From a virus (taxonomy: Duplodnaviria > Caudoviricetes): a stretch of DNA of 64,000 nucleotides. How positions within the stretch are numbered: position 1 is the stretch's first letter; every line of letters starts with the position of its first letter. The translations under genes were made by a program, and so were the position numbers. Below are positions 34,281 to 43,325 of this stretch, in pieces. A model generated the notes under the pieces. That model was given only the letters and a program-made list of their open reading frames with translations, ran no database searches and was not told where the DNA came from. The stretch covers positions 1 to 64,000 of the IMG/VR virus record IMGVR_UViG_3300036783_000170, one strand, 5' to 3'.

Positions 34281-34764
34281 TCACTCGCGTCATTTGCGTG
34301 GGACTGATGCCGTACTCTCTGGCCAGTCCTCGATAGGTGCCCGTGCCTTCGATGAATCTCCTTCGGACTTCGTGAACCTGATCCCAGGTGAGGATGGCTC
34401 GGCCGTGGTCTTCGCCGCGACGCAGGTGTCCTCCGTCTCGCCCCCGCTCGACTCTGTCCCTGACGTTTTGAGCGTTGTTGCCGAGATAGAGGTGGGACAG
34501 ATTTACGCAAGGTCGGTTATCACACCGATGGAGAACGTGCTCTTCGTCAGTGATCGCTGGAGCAACCATGATGCGGTAGATCCAGCGATGGGCTCGTACG
34601 ACTCGGCGCCGGTTACGGCTATGAGGGTTAGGTGCCCCTCCATGAAACTGCCCGTACCCCTTGGCGTCGGTATGACTTGTCCAAGTCCAGCAGGCGTCTT
34701 CGCCTCTCGACTTGTCGACCTTGATCCAGAAGCGGGCGAGAAGATCTTCAACGGTTGCCTCCAT
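34210..34764 (-). CDS. free-standing HNH homing endonuclease
   Basis: RFWIKVDK...CWTWT...GYGQF...RAHRW.Y...VLHRCDNRPCVN..HL.LG..AQNVRD..ERGR, plus C-terminal HTH (LAREYGISPTQMTRVI). Confidence 0.9.
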   Translation of the reverse strand: MEATVEDLLARFWIKVDKSRGEDACWTWTSHTDAKGYGQFHGGAPNPHSRNRRRVVRAHRWIYRIMVAPAITDEEHVLHRCDNRPCVNLSHLYLGNNAQNVRDRVERGRDGGHLRRGEDHGRAILTWDQVHEVRRRFIEGTGTYRGLAREYGISPTQMTRVIKGESWHSPSPDGPAPETLVLDA

Positions 34765-34793
34765 GGGTGCAACCTTACCTGGGGGAGGACCAC

Positions 34794-35336
34794 ATGTCTG
34801 ATGAGCTGAACGACCTGATGTGGGTGGAGGCCACGCGAGACCTGGAGTCCGAGGCGAGCGAGATGTCCGCCGAGCGGGCCAGGATCGCCAGCTCCTCGCT
34901 GTGGCCGTTCCTGGCCGCCGCCCGCTCCGAGCCCGAGTTCGACGGCCGCCTCAGCGTCGCCGCCGAGCACCTTGAGGCCGTCGCCGTCGAGACCGGCCAC
35001 CCCGTCGAGGCGCTGGCCGCCGACCTGCGGGGGCAGTGGCGGCTGCTCGCGGAGGCTCGCGGCTCCGACCCGGTCGACCACGAGGGGCACGACTACGACC
35101 ACGACGACGAGGACCCCGAGGGCGACGAGGAGGACGCGCAGAACGGCGCCGAGTGGGACAAGCACATGGGCTACAGCCCGTACGACCACTACGCGTCGCT
35201 GCGCACCGCCTTGGAGGAGGGCGTCGACCCGCTCTCCTGGGTGGAGGACGAGGCGGAGTACGGCTCCGGAGCCGAGGAGGTAGGCGGCCACCAGAGCGGC
35301 GCCACCGCGTCCCGGGACGCCGACCCAAAAGCCTGA
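34794..35336 (+). CDS. head-associated protein, short form (180 aa)
   Basis: RBS GGGGGAGG; LWPFLAAARSEPEFDGRL motif; ends GAC CCA AAA GCC TGA. Confidence 0.75.
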   Translation: MSDELNDLMWVEATRDLESEASEMSAERARIASSSLWPFLAAARSEPEFDGRLSVAAEHLEAVAVETGHPVEALAADLRGQWRLLAEARGSDPVDHEGHDYDHDDEDPEGDEEDAQNGAEWDKHMGYSPYDHYASLRTALEEGVDPLSWVEDEAEYGSGAEEVGGHQSGATASRDADPKA

Positions 35337-36409
35337 GCCCCGTGCAGGGGCAGGGTCCGGTATCGGACACCAACGTCCCCCAGGACCCAGGCGGGTCCGG
35401 CGCGGGGATGGCCCCGATGCCCGACTCGGGCGTGCCTGGCGGGGGCGCCCCAAGCAGCGGCGGGGGCAGCGACTTCGACCCCGCGTCCCTCGCGGGCGCG
35501 AACGCCAACACGACCCCCGAGGGCACCCAGTCCGACATGACGGGCCGGATGCTCAACTCCGCCATGCTGGTGGCCGCCGCGAACCCCGAGCTGGACGACG
35601 AGGCGTGCGCGACCCTCGCGGTCCTGGCCGGCCGCCGGCTGGCCGCGAACCCGCTGGGGTACGGCCACCGTCCGTCCGTGGAGGGCCCGCTCACGCAGCG
35701 GGTCAAGAACCGGGTCAACGAGCTGGTCAGCGGCGAGTACCAGAGGCGACACCAGCCGCGCCCGCAGGGCCGCCCGAGCGGGCAGCCCGGCGCGGGCAAG
35801 GGCGTCCGCCCTACCCCGCGCCCGGCCCCGAGCGTGGGCGAGCAGCTGCTGAACCTCGTCCCCCTCAAGCCGCACGAGCGCAGGCTGGTGGACGGCATCC
35901 GGGGGCTCATCAAGAAGCACCGCGACCGGGCGGGCAACCCTCCTCCTCCGCACCACAACGCCCCTCCGGTACCGGCCCCGCCGTGGCTGGACGAGGACGA
36001 CCAGGAGGACGTCGACCGGCCCGACGAGCAGCCCCGGCCGGCCGCGCCTGGGGTGCTACCTCCGGGGGCTAGCCCCCACGACTTGAACGGTGACGACGAG
36101 GGCTCGTCCGAGGGCGAGTCCAGCGGCAGCAAGGCCGCCGTGCGGCACCAGGCCGACAACCCGCTGGACTTCGGCAACCGGGCGCCGGTGCCGGAGGGCC
36201 CGCTCGAGCAGAAGGCGGTCGACTCCATCAACGAGGCGGAGGACGCGGTCCCGATGCCCGGCGACACCTCGAAGGTACCGGGCATGGGGGGCGGCAAGGG
36301 CTCCGGAGGCAAGGCGCCGGAGGGCGCTGGTGCCGGCGCGGGCGAGGCGGCCGGCGGCGAGGCGGCCCTGGGCGAGGTGGGCGAGCTGGCCCCGATGATC
36401 GCGGTCTGA
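35330..36409 (+). CDS. -1 frame extension of the 34794 gene (or separate gene without a clear RBS)
   Basis: Open -1 frame begins at the slippery heptamer; Pro/Gly/acidic content like other head proteins. Confidence 0.6.
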   Translation, partial: SLSPVQGQGPVSDTNVPQDPGGSGAGMAPMPDSGVPGGGAPSSGGGSDFDPASLAGANANTTPEGTQSDMTGRMLNSAMLVAAANPELDDEACATLAVLAGRRLAANPLGYGHRPSVEGPLTQRVKNRVNELVSGEYQRRHQPRPQGRPSGQPGAGKGVRPTPRPAPSVGEQLLNLVPLKPHERRLVDGIRGLIKKHRDRAGNPPPPHHNAPPVPAPPWLDEDDQEDVDRPDEQPRPAAPGVLPPGASPHDLNGDDEGSSEGESSGSKAAVRHQADNPLDFGNRAPVPEGPLEQKAVDSINEAEDAVPMPGDTSKVPGMGGGKGSGGKAPEGAGAGAGEAAGGEAALGEVGELAPMIAV

Positions 36410-36411
36410 GC

Positions 36412-36882
36412 GTGGTCAACGACGGCGACGAGGTCTTCTACTCAGGCTACGAGCGCGCGGGGGCGCTGGTGGGCGACCACGGCCAGGTGCTGGCCTCCAG
36501 CGGGTCCGCAGCGCACGTGAAGTGGAGCACCGGCGCCCGCGCCGGCTCGGTGAGCCTGGAGCACCAGGACGACCTGGAGCCGCGCCGCGCCACCCGGTCG
36601 CTGCTGGCCGACAGCCTGGAGTACGGGGAGCTGCAGGTGGCCGCCGCCCGTAGCCGGTACGACGAGGCCGGCCCGCAGGGCGTGCTCTCGATGCTGGCGG
36701 AGGACGGCCACCTGATGGCCTTCGCGGAGATCGCGGAGGAGGCGCTGGCGATGGTGGCGTATCGGGTGCGGCACGACCCGTCGGTGCGGGCCGCTACGGC
36801 GTCCCTGGACGACGACGAGGGCGAGCAGGTGGTGAGGGCCGCGTCGGCGGCCCTCATCTACGACGCGTTCAGCCTAGAGTGA
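36412..36882 (+). CDS. hypothetical head-module protein
   Basis: 156-aa ORF directly after 36409. Confidence 0.65.
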   Translation: MVNDGDEVFYSGYERAGALVGDHGQVLASSGSAAHVKWSTGARAGSVSLEHQDDLEPRRATRSLLADSLEYGELQVAAARSRYDEAGPQGVLSMLAEDGHLMAFAEIAEEALAMVAYRVRHDPSVRAATASLDDDEGEQVVRAASAALIYDAFSLE

Positions 36883-37168
36883 GCGTCCGCTCGGCGGCCG
36901 CGACCCGGGGGTCGTCGTGGCGCGAGCTGTCGAGCAGGTAGTTCTCCAGCTCGTCCATCTCCTCGATGTCGTCCCGAGTGACGTGCCGCAGGGTGGCCCA
37001 GGAGCCGTCGTCCTGGCGCTTCTGGATGTCGGCCTCGGCGCCACGACTCAGCAGCCCGACGGTCTCGTTCAGCGCCTGCCACAGGCCCTCGGGGGCCGGG
37101 GCCTTGCCGTTGACGCCGTTCGGGTACTCGAAGCTCACTCGGTAGCTGAGTCGCTGTCCACGCTTCAT
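36869..37168 (-). CDS. hypothetical protein inserted antisense, with its own promoter
   Basis: RBS GGGAGAG and a promoter repeat upstream on the minus strand. Confidence 0.65.
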   Translation of the reverse strand: MKRGQRLSYRVSFEYPNGVNGKAPAPEGLWQALNETVGLLSRGAEADIQKRQDDGSWATLRHVTRDDIEEMDELENYLLDSSRHDDPRVAAAERTLTLG

Positions 37169-37204
37169 GGTCTCTCCCTGGCCGGTTCTTCTGGCGATGA
37201 GTCC

Positions 37205-37234
37205 ATAGTACCATAAGGATCCTTGTAGTGGCTA
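37205..37234 (-). promoter_or_regulatory. promoter/operator unit (minus strand)
   Basis: Minus strand TAGCCA-N18-TACTAT with AAGGATCCTT 37215-37224 and TG extension. Confidence 0.8.
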
Positions 37235-37418
37235 GTCCTCCGAGACATCCACTGGAGCAGTAGGGCGACCTCGACGTACTCGACGGCCCAGTCCTCGTCG
37301 TACCAGCGCTCGACCACGCGGCCTCCTGGTCTTAGGTCCTACGTCCAGTAGTCGACGTAGCCCCACGGCGGATGAGTGTGACCTGCCTCACCGTTTTAAA
37401 CGATCTGCCACTTACCTA

Positions 37419-37450
37419 CTGCCCGCCCGGTGCCGAGCCCGGCGTAATAG
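37419..37450 (+). promoter_or_regulatory. putative late promoter variant CTGCCC-N18-CGTAATAG
   Basis: Precedes RBS GGAGG and ATG 37465. Confidence 0.5.
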
Positions 37451-37464
37451 GCAGGAGGTGGGGC

Positions 37465-38752
37465 ATGCCGAAGTACCCCGTCAACGACCGTAAGTGCGAG
37501 GACTGCGGCGAGCGCGTCCCGCCGGGCACGCCACGCCGGACCTCGGACGGCCAGCTCGTGTGCTCGAAGTGCTTCACGCGCCGGTCCGCCATGACCCTCT
37601 ACCGCCAGGCGGCCGAGCAGTACCCGACCTCGGAGCCGGTGGCCCCCTCGCGCCCTGACTGGCGCCAGGATGCCGCCAGGGCCCGCACCGCCGCGCTCGT
37701 CAAGAGGGCGCACGATTCGGGCAATCAGGTAGATATCTACCACTGTCCGTTCTGCGGCAGCGGTCAGGTCGTGGGTAGATCTGACCGGACCGTCGAGTGC
37801 ACGTTCTGCAACGCCGTGTTCACCGTCCAGGTCCAGCCGATGTACTCCGGCGTCCCGCAGACCATCGACGGCGAGTCCGTCGAGGAGCCCGGCGCCCCGG
37901 GGATGGATGGCGAGCCAGACGTGGCCGGGGACGAGATGCTCCCCGAGGAGCAGGGCACCATGAACGGCCAGCTGCCCCCCGAGGAGGACGCGGACCAGGA
38001 CGGCGAGCCCGACGACGAGGAGGGCGACGACGAGCCCGCGTTCCTGAAGGGCTCGATGCTGCGGACCGCCAACGGCACCCCCGTGCCGATCCCCGACCTG
38101 ATCAACCACATGGCGCTGCTCCAGGCCACCGACGAGGAGCGGCCGGCGATCCTGGCCCGCATCCGCGAGGAGCGCGCACGATGACCCGGTACCGCGCGGC
38201 CGTAGACATGCGCCTGCCTGGCCAGTCCGTCAGCCGCGACGACGTGCTGGACATGGACACCTCGACCGCCATCGCCCGCAGGGACGTGGAGGGCATGGTC
38301 TCTCGCGGGCTCCTGGTGGCCGTGGAGGACGAGCAGGACCAGCCACCGGAGCAGGAGCCCGACTCAGCGGCCGAGGAGCGCATGTCGACTCCTCGGGGCC
38401 GCAAGAGGGGGCGCTGATGAGCGCGCCCCCGTCGATGCTCGCCCTCGTCCGCGACGGGAAGATCGACATCCCGTTCCTGTGCGTGGAGCGGGAGTGCGAG
38501 GGCAGCCGCTACCACACGCCGACGCCGCTGGAGGTCGCGCCGTACCTGTTCCACGTGGACGACATCGCCGCGTACTACGGCCCGTCCACGAGCGACGCGA
38601 CCTGGCTATGCGGCACCTGCGCGGCCAACCTCCGCGTCTTCTTCGGGCTGATGCGCGGCACCGACGGCAGCATGCCCTGGGAGGTCCAGCGGGAGTTCGG
38701 CAACGGCATCCGCCGGATCGGCAAGATGATGTGGAGGGCAGCTGATGCCTGA
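37465..38752 (+). CDS. three pre-portal genes (37465-38184 Zn-finger/acidic, 38181-38417, 38417-38752)
   Basis: CEDCG..C.KC and CPFCGSG...ECTFC motifs; coupled to the portal. Confidence 0.65.
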
Positions 38753-40979
38753 GCGCCGCAGGAGGAGGGTCGTACGCGCCCCCCAGGCGTCCCGACGCGC
38801 GTCGGTGGCGCAGCAGCAGGCCACCTTCGCCCAGCTCGCCTCGGCCGCCCGTAGGGGCGGCTCGCAGGCCGTGGAGGGGCAGGAGGCGGAGCTGGCCGAG
38901 ATGGCCAGGTCGCGCCGGCGTATCGCGGTGGCCTCGGGCGCCGGGTCGGCCCCGTACGGCGGGGGCGGCAGCGTCAGCTTCGCCACCGGGCGGCCCCGAG
39001 ACCCGTTCTTCTACTGGCGGCAGAACAACCTCTTCTACGACTTCGAGGACAACACCCAGCTGACTCGGGTGCGGCAGTTCTGCCACCTGCTGTACACGAG
39101 CCACTCGCTGATCGGGTCCTGCGTCGACATCTACACCGAGTACCCGCTGCTCGGGATGGAGCTGCGGTCGAAGGACGACAAGATCACGGACTTCTACTCA
39201 GATCTTTTTATGTCGCCGCGCCGGCTGAACTACCCGAAGTTCTTGGCCGACCTCGGCCGGTCGTACTGGCTGCTCGGCGAGGCGTGGCCGTTCGGCTCCT
39301 TTAACGAGAAGCTCGGCGTCTGGGAGGACGAGGAGCTTCTCAACCCGGACGACATCGACGTGGAGCGCTCCCCGTTCCAGCGGGAGCCGCGCTACCTGAT
39401 GCGGCTGCCCTCGACGCTGCGCGAGCTGCTGCAGAGCCGCTCCCCCGCGTACGAGTACCAGAAGCTGATCCAGGCGTACCCGGAGCTGGTTCGGTACCAG
39501 AACGAGGCGGAGATGATGCCCGTCAGCGGCATCCTGCTCCGGCAGCTGAAGTTCGACGGGCTGATGTTCAACAAGCGCGGCATCCCGCTGCTCAACCGGG
39601 CGCTGCGCCCGATCGTGCAGGAGGAGATGCTCAACTCGGCGATGGACGCGATCGCCGATCGGCTGTACGTGCCGCTGCTGATCGCCAAGCTCGGGGCGTC
39701 CGCCAACGACCTGGGCACCGAGGTACCGTGGATCCCCACCGAAGACGACATGGCCGCGTTCGAGGAGACCGCCGACGCCGCGCTGGCCGCCGACTTCCGG
39801 CTGCTGATCACCAACTTCGCCACCAGCGTGGAGTCCGTGTTCGGCCGGGAGCAGATGCCGGACCTGACCGCCGACTTCGAGCGCATCGAGGACAAGATCC
39901 TCCAGACGTTCGGGCTCTCTAAGACGATGCTCACCGGGGCGAGTTCAGGCGAGACGTACGCGGCGGACGCGCTCAACAGGGACCTCATCAGCCAGATGCT
40001 GACCCGGTACCAGCGGATGCTCTCCGACCACTACGAGGAGCGCGCGCTCGTGGTCGCCGAGGCGCAGGGGCACTTTGATTACGAGGAACGCGGCGGTAAG
40101 AAGTACGTCAAGATGGAAGAGATCCTCGAAGTGGACGAGGAGAGCGGCGAGGAACGAATCATCCAGCAGCCCAAGCTGCTCATCCCAGAGCTTCGCTTCA
40201 AGACGCTCAACCTGAAAGACGAGGAGGCCGAGCGGGCCTTCTACGAGCAGCTCCGCGAGGCCGGCGTCCCGATCTCCATGAAGACGCGGCTGATCAACGT
40301 GCCCATCGACCTCCAGGACGAGATGGAGATCAGCCAGGACGAGCAGGTCCAGCTCGCGGTGAAGGAGCAGGAGACGAGAAAGGCGATCTTCCTGGCGCTC
40401 CGTCAGAAGGGGCTGCCGATCCCAGCGGACCTGCTGGCGGACTTCAGTCCGCAGATCAACCCTCTCCCGCAGCCGGCGGACATGGCCAGCCGGGTGCCGA
40501 TGCTCGGTATCGACCCGCTGACCGACACCCCGAACCTCGCCCCGACCGGCGAGGACCTGGCCGCGCTGCCCACCGAGGGCACCGAGATCGCGGGCCAGCC
40601 CAGCCAGCCCGTGGAGCCGGTCGCGGTGATCGGCGGAGACGGCTCGATCACGCCGATGGGCGACCAGTCGCAGCGACCACCGGAGAGTGACGAGATGCGC
40701 GCCGACATGCCAAAGGCGGCGTCGATACTGAGCGAGGCCGCGCTGTGGCGGAACGCCAAGACGATGCGCCACGTGGTAGACGAGCAGCTCGGCAAGGTCT
40801 CGGACGAGATCGCTCGGCAGCGCGACATGCTGGTCACTGCGCAGGTGGTCCAGGGTCAGCACGAGGGCGACGAGACGCCGCCGTTGGACATGGAGCCCGC
40901 CGGACTCACAGGGCCGAGGCACGTTGGAATGCGTCGATACCTGGACATAGACGACACCGTACCAATGGAGGAGTGGTAG
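38745..40979 (+). CDS. portal protein (Bxz1/E3-like)
   Basis: 744 aa; IGSCVDIYTEYPLLGM, EAWPFGSFNE.LG.WE.EELLNPDD, RGIPLL.RA, DRLY.PLLIAKLG, REAGVPIS; position upstream of protease and capsid. Confidence 0.8.
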   Translation: MPERRRRRVVRAPQASRRASVAQQQATFAQLASAARRGGSQAVEGQEAELAEMARSRRRIAVASGAGSAPYGGGGSVSFATGRPRDPFFYWRQNNLFYDFEDNTQLTRVRQFCHLLYTSHSLIGSCVDIYTEYPLLGMELRSKDDKITDFYSDLFMSPRRLNYPKFLADLGRSYWLLGEAWPFGSFNEKLGVWEDEELLNPDDIDVERSPFQREPRYLMRLPSTLRELLQSRSPAYEYQKLIQAYPELVRYQNEAEMMPVSGILLRQLKFDGLMFNKRGIPLLNRALRPIVQEEMLNSAMDAIADRLYVPLLIAKLGASANDLGTEVPWIPTEDDMAAFEETADAALAADFRLLITNFATSVESVFGREQMPDLTADFERIEDKILQTFGLSKTMLTGASSGETYAADALNRDLISQMLTRYQRMLSDHYEERALVVAEAQGHFDYEERGGKKYVKMEEILEVDEESGEERIIQQPKLLIPELRFKTLNLKDEEAERAFYEQLREAGVPISMKTRLINVPIDLQDEMEISQDEQVQLAVKEQETRKAIFLALRQKGLPIPADLLADFSPQINPLPQPADMASRVPMLGIDPLTDTPNLAPTGEDLAALPTEGTEIAGQPSQPVEPVAVIGGDGSITPMGDQSQRPPESDEMRADMPKAASILSEAALWRNAKTMRHVVDEQLGKVSDEIARQRDMLVTAQVVQGQHEGDETPPLDMEPAGLTGPRHVGMRRYLDIDDTVPMEEW

Positions 40980-41059
40980 GCCGGCGGCGCGAAATGAGTG
41001 GATCCCGATCACTCTCTGGCCGCCGACCTACAAGGAACTTTAGCAGATAGGAGGCCACG

Positions 41060-41359
41060 ATGGCCAGGAGAGTACAAGTGGCCACCGGCCACGCTGACGT
41101 GGTGCTGCCGGACGGGTTCCGCCACCAGGCCGGCGACCAGGTCACGCTGACGGACGCCCAGTACGCCCAGATCGGCACCGCCGTCACCGCCGGGGTCGTC
41201 ACGGACCTCGGGGAGGTGGCCGACGGGGCGGTGACCGTCAACGGCAAGACGGGCTCCAACATCACCCTGACGCCCGCCGACCTCGGGCTGCCAAACATCG
41301 CGGTGCAGGCCAGCGCCCCCAGCTCGCCGGCCACCAACGACGTGTGGCTGGACACGTGA
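41060..41359 (+). CDS. small virion-type protein
   Basis: VTVNGKTG..ITLTPADLG and SAPSSPATNDVWLD motifs typical of fibre/structural proteins. Confidence 0.6.
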   Translation: MARRVQVATGHADVVLPDGFRHQAGDQVTLTDAQYAQIGTAVTAGVVTDLGEVADGAVTVNGKTGSNITLTPADLGLPNIAVQASAPSSPATNDVWLDT

Positions 41360-41363
41360 GTAC

Positions 41364-41395
41364 CTGTCGCCCCCCGCGCCAGCGCGGCGAATAGA
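41364..41395 (+). promoter_or_regulatory. putative late promoter CTGTCG-N18-CGAATAGA
   Basis: Precedes RBS AGGAGG and ATG 41413. Confidence 0.65.
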
Positions 41396-41412
41396 CAGGC
41401 AGAGGAGGCACG

Positions 41413-43259
41413 ATGGGACTGGGCAGCCGACGCGCTAGCCGTCACGACACCGAGGCGGTGCGCAAGCTCGCCGGAGTGCGCTCGGAGGACTACTGGGATC
41501 ACTCGCCGGGCGACCACGTGATGACCTGCGACGGGTTCCCCGGCGTGGTCACCGCCGTGCTGGACGGGTTCGCCCCGGGCAACGAGTCGTACGAGGTAAA
41601 GCTGGACGGCGGGACCGGCGGCGGCCTGTACTCCAGCGGGCAGCTGCGGCAGCGCGCCAGCACGGAGGCGAGCACCGCCCACACGGCGGAGTCCGACTAC
41701 CCGGAGCTTGGGTCGATCCTCCGCGACCGGCCCGACCCGGCGCTGGACCAGGTGATGGCCCGCCGGCAGGCGGCGGAGTACTCCCCGGAGACCGAGGAGG
41801 CCGAGCTGGTCAACCCCGGCATCTCCGCCAGCGACCCCGAGCTGGACCCCGACGCGGTCGAGGAGGACTTCGACCACCAGGCGTCGCTGGGCACCAGCAC
41901 CGCGTACGCCATCCTCGCGGAGGCGATGGCGCAGGGCGCCACCGACGCGGAGGTGGACAGCCTGATGGCCGCCGCCGGCCTGCGCCGGTCCGCGACCTCA
42001 GCGAACCCGTGGGGCGAGCCGGAGCCGCGCCGGGTGGACTACCAGCCCGGCCCGACCTCGCCGCCGAACCCCGGCCAGAACCCGGCCTCCGCCGGGCCGC
42101 TGTCGGCGATGGACCCGGACGGCTGGAACCGTGGCGAGCTGCCGACCCGGGTCACTCCGATAGACGCGTATGCCGCGCTGCACGACGAGCCCGAGCCGGC
42201 GCTTCCGTTCACCGACGGCGCGGACGAGGCCGACTCGGACCTCCCGCGCCAGGCGCGCTTCCACTTCGCCAACCCTGCGCTGCTGGCAGCCCTACCCGAG
42301 CTGATGGGCGCCAGCGAGGCGGGTGCCGGCGGCGAGCTGGCGGGGTCGCTGCCGGGCATGATGGGCGGCGGTGAGTCCCACGGCGGAGGGGCCGACGAGG
42401 ACGCGGGGTCGCACCCGACGCCAGACCCGACCCAGACCGGCGAGCAGGCGATCCGGGACCCAGCGGTGACCTCCCGCGCGGGCCTGAACATCGAGCCCGA
42501 CCCGGAGATGGACGACGCGGCCATGTCCGACCTGGCCCCTAGGGCGGCGATGGCCGACGACGTCGACGACGTGGTCAGGCAGTTCCAGGCCACCGCAGCC
42601 GGCAGGGACTTCAGCTCGGGGGTGAGCAAGACGGCGCTGAAGGACTTCACCGCCGACGAGCGTAAGTCTCTGATCGATGAGGGGCGCGGCACCCGTGCAG
42701 GAAATCTTGACAAACTGGACGTAGCCGGCACCCACTACGCAGCGCAGCTCGATGACGAGGACGTGACATGGCTGGGATGACCGACGCTCCGGTACCGATC
42801 GACAAGCAGCTCACCCCGCGCGCCGCGCGCAAGAGCCGTACCCCCGAGTCAGAGGCCCCGCCGACGCAGCCGATGGTCGAGGAGTTCCGGGTGGTCGATC
42901 CGTTCGAGGGCAAGACCACCAAGGTCGAGGGCGTCGTCGGCCTCTACCACGTGGCCCAGGTGAGGGACGAGATCGCCGCCGCCGCCGGTCTGGAGCCCGA
43001 CGGCGTCCAGATCGCGCTGATCCTCAGGGACCCGTACAGCGAGGCCAGCGAGGACAACCCAGGCGTCGTCTACGTCAGCCCCGCCGTCGACGTGAAGCTG
43101 GTCAAGAAGGCGCTGGCCGACCACGAGGCGGACCCGCAGTACGGGGTCACCGAGGAGCACGCCGAGTGGCTCAAGCTCAAGGAGAGGCTCCAGGGCGACG
43201 AGGACATGTCCACCGCCGAGCTTCGTGACGCACTGCGGGCCGTGGCTAACCGTATGTAG
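41413..43259 (+). CDS. acidic head-associated proteins (41413-42780, 42777-43259)
   Basis: ATGA-coupled; low-complexity acidic composition. Confidence 0.7.
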
Positions 43260-43262
43260 CCA

Positions 43263-43294
43263 CTGTCCGCGCGGCGTCGAGCCGCTCGAATAGA
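43263..43294 (+). promoter_or_regulatory. putative late promoter CTGTCC-N18-CGAATAGA
   Basis: Exact spacing match to the 31131 and 41364 copies. Confidence 0.65.
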
Positions 43295-43325
43295 CAGAGG
43301 GAACGCTTCTCACGTTGGAGGGAAG

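Noticed and set aside
34210-34764. HNH as an intron-encoded endonuclease in a group I intron
   Set aside because: It is antisense, both flanking genes have complete reading frames, and no P/Q/R/S core elements were recognised.
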